A DNA stretch of 64,000 nt from assembly GCA_041392625.1 (NCBI GenBank), contig JAWKLR010000014.1, forward strand, positions 4,742-68,741. Direction: 5' to 3'. Below are positions 1-7,972 of the stretch, piece by piece. The notes under the pieces are model-generated. The model saw nothing but the letters and a program-made list of their open reading frames with translations, was not told where the DNA came from and ran no database searches. Numbering within the stretch: the stretch's first letter is position 1; each line of letters starts with the position of its first letter. Made by a program: the position numbers and the translations under genes. This stretch comes from Saprospiraceae bacterium (lineage in GTDB: Bacteria; Bacteroidota; Bacteroidia; Chitinophagales; Saprospiraceae).

Positions 1-1619
1 ATCTTTCCGGCCGAAAAGGCTTAGACGATAACCTGTTCGAACACCTGGGCGAACAAGGCGCTCCCTCCGAAGAAACGCTGCAAAACCTGGCCGATAAATA
101 CCTCATCGGAAATTCCAGCACCTACGGAGCTGCCTCTTTTTACGATTTCCTAAACCCCGAAAAAGCGGGCAAAAAAGCCTTTGTATGCAATGGCTCTGCC
201 TGCCTGCTCGCCGGCACTCAAGACGAACTCAAGAAAGACCTGGAAGGCCAACTCGGCGAAGGCTGCGTGGGCGATGTCTACTGCCTGGGCCGCTGTTATG
301 AAAACAAAGCCTTCCATACCAATGGTAAAAACTTTTCCGGAGCAGATGCCAGCCGACTCCAGGAAGCCATCCAACCCAAAGCCGAAAGCACCGCCCCAAA
401 GTACCGCATCGAAAGCACCGGAGCCGGTATCCTTACTACCCATGCGCTCTCCTTCGATGCCTGCATCGAAGCCCTGCCTGCAATCCTGAATAAAGACCCG
501 GAAGCACTGCTGGCGGAAATGAAAACCTCCGGTCTGCGCGGACGCGGCGGAGCAGGCTTCCCAATGGCAATCAAACTCGATACCGTTCGCAAAGAAAATG
601 CCGACCAGAAATACATCGTCTGCAATGCCGACGAAGGCGATCCGGGCGCATTTTCCGACCGCTACCTGCTCGAAGAAACACCGCAACTGGTGCTCACCGG
701 AATGGCCATCGCCGGCTACATCTCCGGGGCCACCGACGGGGTGGTGTACATCCGTGCAGAATACCCCGAATCCATAGAAATTTGCCGTGAGGCCGCAGCC
801 AAAATAAATGCTCTGTTTCCTATGAAAGGCCATCAGGGCCAGGAGGTACACTTCCGACTGAAAGTCGTGAAAGCTCAGGGCGCCTACATCTGCGGAGAGG
901 AAACTGCCCTTCTGAATTCCCTGGAAGGCCAGCGCCCGGAAGTGCGCACCCGACCTCCATTCCCGGCTCAGTACGGACTTTTTGGCAAGCCCACCGCCGT
1001 CAACAACGTGGAAACCCTGGCCAGCATTCCGTTTATCATGACGGAAGGCGGCGCAGCCTATAAAAATATCGGAACCGAACGCTCATCCGGCACCAAATTG
1101 CTTTCGCTCGACAGCCACTTCAAGCGCCCCGGCCTCTACGAGGTGGATATGGGTACCCCGCTGCAAGAAGCAGTAGATAAACTGGGCGGCGGCTTCAAAG
1201 AGCCCGTCAAAGCCCTCCACATCGGCGGCCCGCTGGGTGGCATCGTGCCCATGCACAAGGTGTCCGAACTGACCATCGATTTTGAGTCCTTCTCGCAAGG
1301 TGGTTTTTTGCTTGGCCATGCCTCCATCCTCAGCATTCCGGAGCGCTTCCCGCTGGTAAAATACCTGGAGCATCTGTTTGAGTTTACCGCCCACGAAAGC
1401 TGCGGAAAATGCTTCCCCTGCCGACTGGGTTCTGTCCGCGGAATGGAACTGCTGCAAAAAGCACAAAACGAATCGTATACCATCGACCGTACGCTGTGGC
1501 ACGACCTGCTGGAAACCCTGGAAAAGGGATCGCTGTGCGCACTTGGAGGCGGAATTCCCCTGCCCGTCAAAAATGCCATGCAGTATTTTGATGAGGAACT
1601 AAAGCCCCATTTTTCCTAA
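1..1619 (+). CDS. Fused NuoE-like/NuoF-like NAD(H)-binding flavoprotein subunit (formate dehydrogenase beta / NADH dehydrogenase subunit F family); 5' end lies outside the window
   Basis: Frame 3 is open from base 3, with no stop before the listed GTG at 267. The upstream part reads AFVCNGSACLLAG...CLGRCYENKA (NuoE-type 2Fe-2S thioredoxin-like fold). Downstream motifs are GRGGAGFP (FMN), GAYICGEETALLNSLEG (NADH) and ESCGKCFPCRLG (4Fe-4S). The stop at 1617-1619 lies 29 nt before the FDH alpha gene. Confidence 0.85.
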   Translation, partial: LSGRKGLDDNLFEHLGEQGAPSEETLQNLADKYLIGNSSTYGAASFYDFLNPEKAGKKAFVCNGSACLLAGTQDELKKDLEGQLGEGCVGDVYCLGRCYENKAFHTNGKNFSGADASRLQEAIQPKAESTAPKYRIESTGAGILTTHALSFDACIEALPAILNKDPEALLAEMKTSGLRGRGGAGFPMAIKLDTVRKENADQKYIVCNADEGDPGAFSDRYLLEETPQLVLTGMAIAGYISGATDGVVYIRAEYPESIEICREAAAKINALFPMKGHQGQEVHFRLKVVKAQGAYICGEETALLNSLEGQRPEVRTRPPFPAQYGLFGKPTAVNNVETLASIPFIMTEGGAAYKNIGTERSSGTKLLSLDSHFKRPGLYEVDMGTPLQEAVDKLGGGFKEPVKALHIGGPLGGIVPMHKVSELTIDFESFSQGGFLLGHASILSIPERFPLVKYLEHLFEFTAHESCGKCFPCRLGSVRGMELLQKAQNESYTIDRTLWHDLLETLEKGSLCALGGGIPLPVKNAMQYFDEELKPHFS

Positions 1620-1648
1620 TCCATTAAAAAAACAAAAACGCCCGAATT

Positions 1649-4390
1649 ATGTCTGATACCACCACCGTAGCATATATCAACAACCAACCGGTTGCCTTTA
1701 CCGCAGGAGAAACCATCCTGCAGGTAGCCCGTCGCCATTTTGGACAAGACAGCATCCCTACCCTCTGCGATGCACCCAACCTGGAAGCCTATGGCTCCTG
1801 CCGGGTGTGCAGCGTCGAAGTGGCCTTGCAGGAAGACGGCCCGCGCCGTACCAAAGCCTCTTGCCATACCCTGATGGAACCTGGCATGTTTATTTTTACA
1901 GAGTCTGCCGAAATTCAGGATCTGCGAAAAAACATCATTGAGTTGGTCCTCACCGACCACCCGCTGGATTGCCTTACCTGCGAGGTAAACGGCAACTGCG
2001 AACTCCAGGATGTTGCTGCGCGCGTGGGCATCCGGAAAGTCCGCTACCCGGAGGGCAAAAACCACCTGGATCGGGAAAAAGACCTGAGCCACCCCTACCT
2101 CACCTCGGATTTATCCAAATGCATCAATTGCTACCGCTGCGTGCGTGCCTGCGATGAAGTGCAGGGTGAATTTGTGCTCGGTGTAGCAGGCCGCGGTTTT
2201 GACAGCAAAATCATCAAAGGGCTCGACCAGTCCTTCTTCGAATCGGATTGCGTTTCCTGTGGCGCGTGTTCACAGGCCTGTCCGACCTCGGCGATTTCGG
2301 ATGTGTTCCAGTCGAAGGCCGTGGTGGGCCAGGATAAAGTGCGCACGATCTGCACCTATTGCGGGGTTGGTTGCAACCTGGAAGTCAGTGTAAAAGACAA
2401 CAAAGTACTCAGCATTCAGGCGCCCTACGATGCCGAGGTAAATATTGGCCACACCTGTCTGAAAGGCCGCTATGCCTTTGCATTTTACGACCACCCCGAC
2501 CGCCTGAAAAAGCCATTGATCAAGAAAAACGGGGAGTTTGAAGAAGTCAGCTGGGATGAAGCCTATGATTTCATCGCCGACAAACTCCAGTCTATAAAAA
2601 CCGAACACGGCCCGGATGCCATTGCGGGAATTTCCTCCTCCCGGTGTACCAATGAGGAGAATTATTTGATGCAAAAATTCATCCGCGCGGTGATCGGCAC
2701 CAACAACATCGACGGCTGCGCCCGCGTGTGTCACTCGCCAACTGCCCTGGGCATGCAGGCGACCTTTGGCACCGGAGCGGCCACCAACTCCATTGAAGAC
2801 CTCCAGCATACCGATTGCATGTTGGTAATTGGTGCCAACCCTACCGCAGCCCACCCGGTTACGGGGGCCAAAATCAAGCAGCAGGCAATGAAGGGAAAAA
2901 CCCTCATCGTGATTGACCCGCGCCGGATTGAACTGGCGCGCTATGCACAGCACCACCTGCAATTGCGCCCCGGAACCAACATCGCTGTGCTCAACATGAT
3001 GTTGTACTACATCATAACAGAGGGAGTGCACGACGAGCAGTTTATTTCCAGCCGGACCGATGGTTTTGAAGACCTGAAGAAAAACATACTCGCACTGAAC
3101 ATCGACGAGTTGGAAGAAGTATCCGGTGTTCCACGCGAACAGGTGCGCGCGGCGGCTATTGATTACGCCAATGCCGGCGCAGCCATGTCCTTCCACGGAC
3201 TGGGAGTAACCGAACACTACCAGGGCACCTACGCGGTAATGCAAATTGCCAACCTCGCCATGATCACCGGAAATGTTGGGAAAAAAGGCTGTGGTGTGAA
3301 TCCACTTCGCGGCCAAAACAACGTTCAGGGCATGGCCGATATGGGCGTACAGCCTTATCAGGGAGCCGGCTATCTGGATGTTACCAATCCGGATGTAGTG
3401 CTTCAGTACGAGCGTTTTTACGGCACTAAAATGCCACTCCATGTGGGGCATACCATCCCGCAAATGTTCAATGCAGCTATCAGCAAAGACCTAAAGGCAC
3501 TTTGGATTATGGGTGAAGACATCGTCCAGTCGGACCCAAACACCAATAAGGTTATTAAAGCAATGACTTCTCTGGATTTGCTGATTGTGCAGGACCTCTT
3601 TATGACCGAAACCGCCAAGTACGCCGATGTGGTGTTGCCCGGCGCTTCCTTCCTGGAAAAAGAGGGAACCTTTACCAATGGCGAACGCCGCATTCAGCGA
3701 GTTAACCAGGTGGCACCGCCGGTAGGTGAATCCAAGCCCGACGGACAAATCATCGTGGAGATCATGAACCGGATGGGTTACCCACAGGCGCCGTATACCG
3801 CCAAAACCATGCTGGAAGAAATCTCGCAGATTGTTCCATTCTTCGCGGGTGTTCGCTGGGAAAACCTGGGCGAGCAAGGCAAACAATGGCCGGTTACACC
3901 CGATGGAGCAGATACCAAAATTTTGCACAGCGAAACCTTTAAACTCGGAAAAGGCCAGTTTAAGTTCAGAGAGTTTGTTGAAACAGAGGAACTGTTGGAC
4001 CACTCCAAGGACTACCCGTATATCCTGACCACCAACCGGGTATTGGAGCACTACAACTCCGGAACGATGACGCGCCGCACCCGCAATGCCATCATTGTGG
4101 ATGAAGACGTGCTGCTCATCAACCCGCAGGACGCCGCCAACCACGGAATCCAGGATACCGATTGGGTTTGCCTGGAATCACCACGGGGTAAGGTGGACAT
4201 CAAGGCTAAAATTACGGATGAAGTAAAACCCGGTATTTTGTCGACCACCTTCCACTTCCCTGAGTTGATGGTGAATGTAATCACCTCGGATGTGCACGAT
4301 ACCCTGGCCGATTGTCCGGAATATAAAGTCGTTGCTGTTAAAATTAGAAAGGCCCGGAAGGTTGCTGAGCGCCATGCTGAAACGAAGTAA
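1649..4390 (+). CDS. fdhF: Formate dehydrogenase alpha subunit (molybdopterin oxidoreductase with N-terminal Fe-S extension), Cys-type active site
   Basis: 913 aa. N-terminal 2Fe-2S motif (CDAPNLEAYGSCRVC), then CLTCEVNGNC, CINCYRCVRAC, CVSCGACSQACP and the MopB 4Fe-4S motif CTYCGVGC. The active-site stretch GCARVCHSPT carries Cys and there is no in-frame TGA. A C-terminal molydopterin dinucleotide-binding domain is present. Confidence 0.93.
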   Translation: MSDTTTVAYINNQPVAFTAGETILQVARRHFGQDSIPTLCDAPNLEAYGSCRVCSVEVALQEDGPRRTKASCHTLMEPGMFIFTESAEIQDLRKNIIELVLTDHPLDCLTCEVNGNCELQDVAARVGIRKVRYPEGKNHLDREKDLSHPYLTSDLSKCINCYRCVRACDEVQGEFVLGVAGRGFDSKIIKGLDQSFFESDCVSCGACSQACPTSAISDVFQSKAVVGQDKVRTICTYCGVGCNLEVSVKDNKVLSIQAPYDAEVNIGHTCLKGRYAFAFYDHPDRLKKPLIKKNGEFEEVSWDEAYDFIADKLQSIKTEHGPDAIAGISSSRCTNEENYLMQKFIRAVIGTNNIDGCARVCHSPTALGMQATFGTGAATNSIEDLQHTDCMLVIGANPTAAHPVTGAKIKQQAMKGKTLIVIDPRRIELARYAQHHLQLRPGTNIAVLNMMLYYIITEGVHDEQFISSRTDGFEDLKKNILALNIDELEEVSGVPREQVRAAAIDYANAGAAMSFHGLGVTEHYQGTYAVMQIANLAMITGNVGKKGCGVNPLRGQNNVQGMADMGVQPYQGAGYLDVTNPDVVLQYERFYGTKMPLHVGHTIPQMFNAAISKDLKALWIMGEDIVQSDPNTNKVIKAMTSLDLLIVQDLFMTETAKYADVVLPGASFLEKEGTFTNGERRIQRVNQVAPPVGESKPDGQIIVEIMNRMGYPQAPYTAKTMLEEISQIVPFFAGVRWENLGEQGKQWPVTPDGADTKILHSETFKLGKGQFKFREFVETEELLDHSKDYPYILTTNRVLEHYNSGTMTRRTRNAIIVDEDVLLINPQDAANHGIQDTDWVCLESPRGKVDIKAKITDEVKPGILSTTFHFPELMVNVITSDVHDTLADCPEYKVVAVKIRKARKVAERHAETK

Positions 4391-4393
4391 AAT

Positions 4394-5917
4394 ATGACCA
4401 TAAACCCGCGTTACATCTATTTTCTTTCGTTTTTGGAAGGGGCTGCCGTGATGGCTTGTGAGTTGGCCGGTGCCAAAATTCTGGCACCCTATTTTGGCAC
4501 CTCGCTGTATGTCTGGGCGGCAGCACTGGGCCTTACCTTAGGTGGCTTGATGAGTGGCTACTTTCTGGGAGGCCGCTTGTCAAAAAAATATGCTGAAGAT
4601 CCCAATCCCTTGTTTCTCATCCTGATTGCAGCGGGCTTCACCATGTTTATCATGCCGTTCACCAGCACCTGGGTTATGGAGTATTGCCTGGATTTAACCT
4701 TGCAAATTGGCGCCACGCTTTCGCTGTTGGTCTTTATGTTTCCGCCGCTGGTTTTTATGGGCATGGTATCACCGTTTATCATCAATTTGCTCACCAGTCA
4801 GGCAAACGAAGCAGGCAACCGCGCCGGCAACGTGTATGCTATTTCAACCCTGGGCGGAATCCTGTCCACCTTTCTGATGGGGTTCTGGATTATCCCGGCA
4901 TTTGGCATCAAGATTCCGTCTATGGTTTGGGGACTGTTGCTTGCATCTTTCCCTGCGGTATCCTTATTCCGAACGTCCCGATTCCGGGGAGCACAGGGAC
5001 TTCTTTTACTCATGGTCTGCCTGTTTTTCGCCTCTGTTTTTTATGCTAAAAACACCAACCACAACTCGGCGATAAAACGCCATGAGGAAGGCATCCTGGG
5101 GCAACTCAAGGTGATGGATTTTAAAATGGATGAATCCCAATCCGGGCCAACGTATCGAGGCCTCATTGTAAATAATACCCTGCAAACGGTGCTCAACCTC
5201 GACAATCCGGAGCAGGACTACTGGCCCTACACGCGACTGATTCCAAGCATTACCCAGCAATTTGAAAAGAAAAACGGGCAGGTTTTATTGCTTGGAATGG
5301 GCGGTGGCACCCTGGCGCAGAAACTCCACCAACAAGGCTTTGAAGTCGATGCTGTGGAAATAGATGCGCGCTTGCAGGAAATCGCACAGACCTATTTCAA
5401 CCTATCGGATGAGATCCATGTGTTCATTGACGATGCCCGGCATTTTGTCCGCACCTCCAAAAAGCAATACGATCTGATTGTCTTTGACGTATTCCGGGGA
5501 GAGTCGGCACCCGAGCACATCCTTACGCTTGAAAGCATCCGGGAGGCCCAAAACATCCTGGCTTCAGACGGGCTGTTGCTGGTAAATTTCTACGGATATT
5601 GGGAAGGAGAAAAAGGGGTGATCAGCCAGGCTGTTTTCAATACGCTTTCCAAGGCCGGATTTCATACCAGCATTTTCCAGAGTGCCCAAAATGAAGATGA
5701 GCGCAATCTGGTTTTTTGTGCCACCAACACCCAACGCGATGACCTGTATCCTGCACCCGAATTTGATGAACTTATTGTAAAATACAAAGACATCAACCAG
5801 GATATTATCCTGACCGACGAGAACCCACAACTGTTTTTGTACGGAAAAGCAGCCGCACAATGGCGCAGGCTCTACAACAAGTACTACACCCGCCGATTTA
5901 GCGACCCGGGGCACTAA
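4394..5917 (+). CDS. Fused polytopic membrane domain / spermidine synthase-like methyltransferase
   Basis: 507 aa. The N-terminal ~220 aa form multiple hydrophobic helices. The C-terminal part has a class I SAM-MTase / spermidine synthase-like motif (VLLLGMGGGTLAQ...VDAVEID...DLIVFD). Confidence 0.75.
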   Translation: MTINPRYIYFLSFLEGAAVMACELAGAKILAPYFGTSLYVWAAALGLTLGGLMSGYFLGGRLSKKYAEDPNPLFLILIAAGFTMFIMPFTSTWVMEYCLDLTLQIGATLSLLVFMFPPLVFMGMVSPFIINLLTSQANEAGNRAGNVYAISTLGGILSTFLMGFWIIPAFGIKIPSMVWGLLLASFPAVSLFRTSRFRGAQGLLLLMVCLFFASVFYAKNTNHNSAIKRHEEGILGQLKVMDFKMDESQSGPTYRGLIVNNTLQTVLNLDNPEQDYWPYTRLIPSITQQFEKKNGQVLLLGMGGGTLAQKLHQQGFEVDAVEIDARLQEIAQTYFNLSDEIHVFIDDARHFVRTSKKQYDLIVFDVFRGESAPEHILTLESIREAQNILASDGLLLVNFYGYWEGEKGVISQAVFNTLSKAGFHTSIFQSAQNEDERNLVFCATNTQRDDLYPAPEFDELIVKYKDINQDIILTDENPQLFLYGKAAAQWRRLYNKYYTRRFSDPGH

Positions 5918-6009
5918 TTGCGCCCAAGTTTTATTTCGCTTGCCTCTAAGCTTTACCCCGTTTTTTTTGAAGTAAAAAATACTACATTTTTATATGTTGT
6001 ATTTGATTC

Positions 6010-6320
6010 AAACTGCCCTATACACATCCTGGAATTTGGAACAGGATTCTACGCTTCACCCAGGACGTAGCGAATATGAGCCTGGGTGGCGGTGTTTTGT
6101 GTGGGCATACTACTCAAACTACGGCAACCCACCAGTTGACTACTGTGCTCCCGGCTCTAGCATCCATTCTTGCTGGAAAGACGGTGGCTACAACACCATC
6201 AGCGGAACTTCAATGGCTACACCACACGTTGCTGGCCTGCTGTTGTTGGGCAATATCTCTACTGACGGCAATGTAAGCGGAGACCCTGACGGAAATGCCG
6301 ATCCAATTGCACACAATTGA
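6010..6320 (+). pseudogene. Relic of a subtilisin-like (S8) serine protease: C-terminal fragment with a frameshift and an internal deletion
   Basis: One frame reads [21 protein letters not shown] (oxyanion Asn motif, 6064-6093). A different frame reads ...[46 protein letters not shown] (catalytic Ser motif). The two motifs are almost adjacent, whereas S8 enzymes normally have ~60-80 aa between them. No Asp or His catalytic region is found upstream. Confidence 0.7.
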
Positions 6321-6434
6321 TAATTTGATTCGGAGCAACCAATTCTGATTGGTCCTCCGTGAAAAATAGTACTTTTGAAGGCCGTCCCTGCTTGTTGGGG
6401 GCGGCCTTTATTTATACATTCGAACCAACTACGC

Positions 6435-7247
6435 ATGATAGATTTTAATCCAGACAACCACTGGAGGAGAGTTGCCGCAGCCATTTACAAGAAGCCAACA
6501 GATTCCAAGATTTTTGGATCCGTTGAACTGGACGTAACCGATCTGGAAGCATTTATTCAGGAAAAAAGAAAAGAAGGCCTCAAGATCACACTCACCCACA
6601 TGTTCACCTTACTGGTTGCCCGCGGGCTTCGGGAAGCCGTTCCCGAATTGAACTGCTACATACGCCGGGGAAAACCGATATACCGACCGCATGTCGAAGC
6701 AGCCGTGAGTGTTTTGATAAAAAACGGATCGGAAATGGGCTCCGTCAAGGTTCCACATGCCGACACAATTTCACTCAGCGAACTCACCGAAATCCTGAAC
6801 CGGGAAGTACCCAAAGCTCGACAAGGTGATGAGAAAAACAAAACCATGCGGATGAAAGCAATCGTAGCGGCAATCCCCTGGCCCTTTCGCTCGCTCACGC
6901 TGCGCCTCCTCCGGTTTTTATCCATCGACCTCGGATTGAGCATTCCGGCACTTGGTATTGGCCCCGATAGTTTTGGCTCGTTTATTTTATCCAACATCGG
7001 AACTCTTGGGCTCGATATGGGCTACCCGGCACTCCTTCCATCCTCCAATGTAGCCTTCGTGTTGATTATGGGTGGAGTGCATGAAAAACCCGCCGTCGTG
7101 GACGGGCAGATCGTCCCCCGACGGATTATTTCCCTCGGAGCAGCCCTGGATCATCGGGTGGTGGATGCTACCCACGGAGGACGGCTTTTCCTCTATTTAA
7201 AACAAGCCGTAAAGACACCAGAACGCTTGCTCCAAGCCGCAGAATAG
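6435..7247 (+). CDS. 2-oxoacid dehydrogenase acyltransferase (E2) catalytic-domain-only protein
   Basis: C-terminal catalytic motif LDHRVVDATHGGRLF (DHRxxDG type). The ATG at 6435 (MIDFNPDNHW...) is preferred over the listed upstream alternative start at 6375. No lipoyl or E3-binding domain precedes it. Confidence 0.75.
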   Translation: MIDFNPDNHWRRVAAAIYKKPTDSKIFGSVELDVTDLEAFIQEKRKEGLKITLTHMFTLLVARGLREAVPELNCYIRRGKPIYRPHVEAAVSVLIKNGSEMGSVKVPHADTISLSELTEILNREVPKARQGDEKNKTMRMKAIVAAIPWPFRSLTLRLLRFLSIDLGLSIPALGIGPDSFGSFILSNIGTLGLDMGYPALLPSSNVAFVLIMGGVHEKPAVVDGQIVPRRIISLGAALDHRVVDATHGGRLFLYLKQAVKTPERLLQAAE

Positions 7248-7343
7248 CATTAAAAGTCAGGAATAAGCCTAAAATTGCTCGTTTTCGCCACAAACTCTAA
7301 GCCTAAACTGGCGCTTAATCTAAATATCCCTTAGATTTGCACC

Positions 7344-7817
7344 ATGCAATCGTTGCGCAAATTCAGGTTTATTAGCATTTTCTGGCTGCTGTCCTTACTC
7401 ACAGCAACCAGCGGGGTGAGTATTCACCAGATTTATTGCTATTGCCTGGGCGAAACAACCGTCTCGCTGTTTGATACCGGAGAGGTGGAGTGCGGTGCTG
7501 TCGAACAAATGGCCTGCTGTGCAAAAGCAGCCCCGACCTGCTGCGAGCTTGAAAAAGCAAGTACTGCACAAGATGGCTGCCAACAAACAGATTGCCAGCA
7601 CCGAACAGTCAAGGTTGCCAAACTGAAAACCGATATTGATTTTCAGTTTACCATGCTTCCCAAATTGATGCTGGTTGCAGAAGCACCCAACACACCTGTC
7701 TTTGAAGCCTGGACATACCGGTTATTTCCGGAATGCTCTCATCCGGTCAAGGCGTGCCCCTCCTTAAACCTTACCGGCAGACAGATCAGTCTGCAGCATC
7801 AACAATTTCGTTGTTAG
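7344..7817 (+). CDS. Cys-rich secreted hypothetical protein, located directly upstream of a TonB-dependent receptor
   Basis: Signal-like N-terminus (FRFISIFWLLSLLTATSG), then HQIYCYC and MACCAKAAPTCCE motifs. Loosely reminiscent of the small HYC/CC-motif proteins seen next to Bacteroidota receptors; I could not verify that family assignment. Confidence 0.55.
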   Translation: MQSLRKFRFISIFWLLSLLTATSGVSIHQIYCYCLGETTVSLFDTGEVECGAVEQMACCAKAAPTCCELEKASTAQDGCQQTDCQHRTVKVAKLKTDIDFQFTMLPKLMLVAEAPNTPVFEAWTYRLFPECSHPVKACPSLNLTGRQISLQHQQFRC

Positions 7818-7972
7818 TCATTTCCTGATTCCAGTGATTTTTGGAGTAGATAAAGCACTTGCTACAAATGAAGGCATTACACACCTGCTCAATCACACCC
7901 CCTATCGCTTTGTATGGAAGACCTTTTCAATAGGGCCTCCGAAGCGTATTTTACACTATTAAAATTCAGGAA

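Noticed and set aside
2700-2760. Selenocysteine (TGA recoding) in the formate dehydrogenase active site
   Set aside because: The active-site motif reads GCARVCHSPT with a normal Cys codon, and the ORF has no in-frame TGA. It is a Cys-type enzyme with no SECIS requirement.
2270-3463. 397-aa minus-strand ORF, and many other 60-230-aa ORFs antisense to or overlapping large genes (e.g. 150-851, 3491-4144, 8369-8917, 10176-10733, 17700-18344, 19137-19820, 45323-45904, 46058-46675)
   Set aside because: They lie inside genes with unambiguous family signatures on the other strand or frame. Their translations are low-complexity or Arg/Gly/Val-rich shadow sequences with no motifs.
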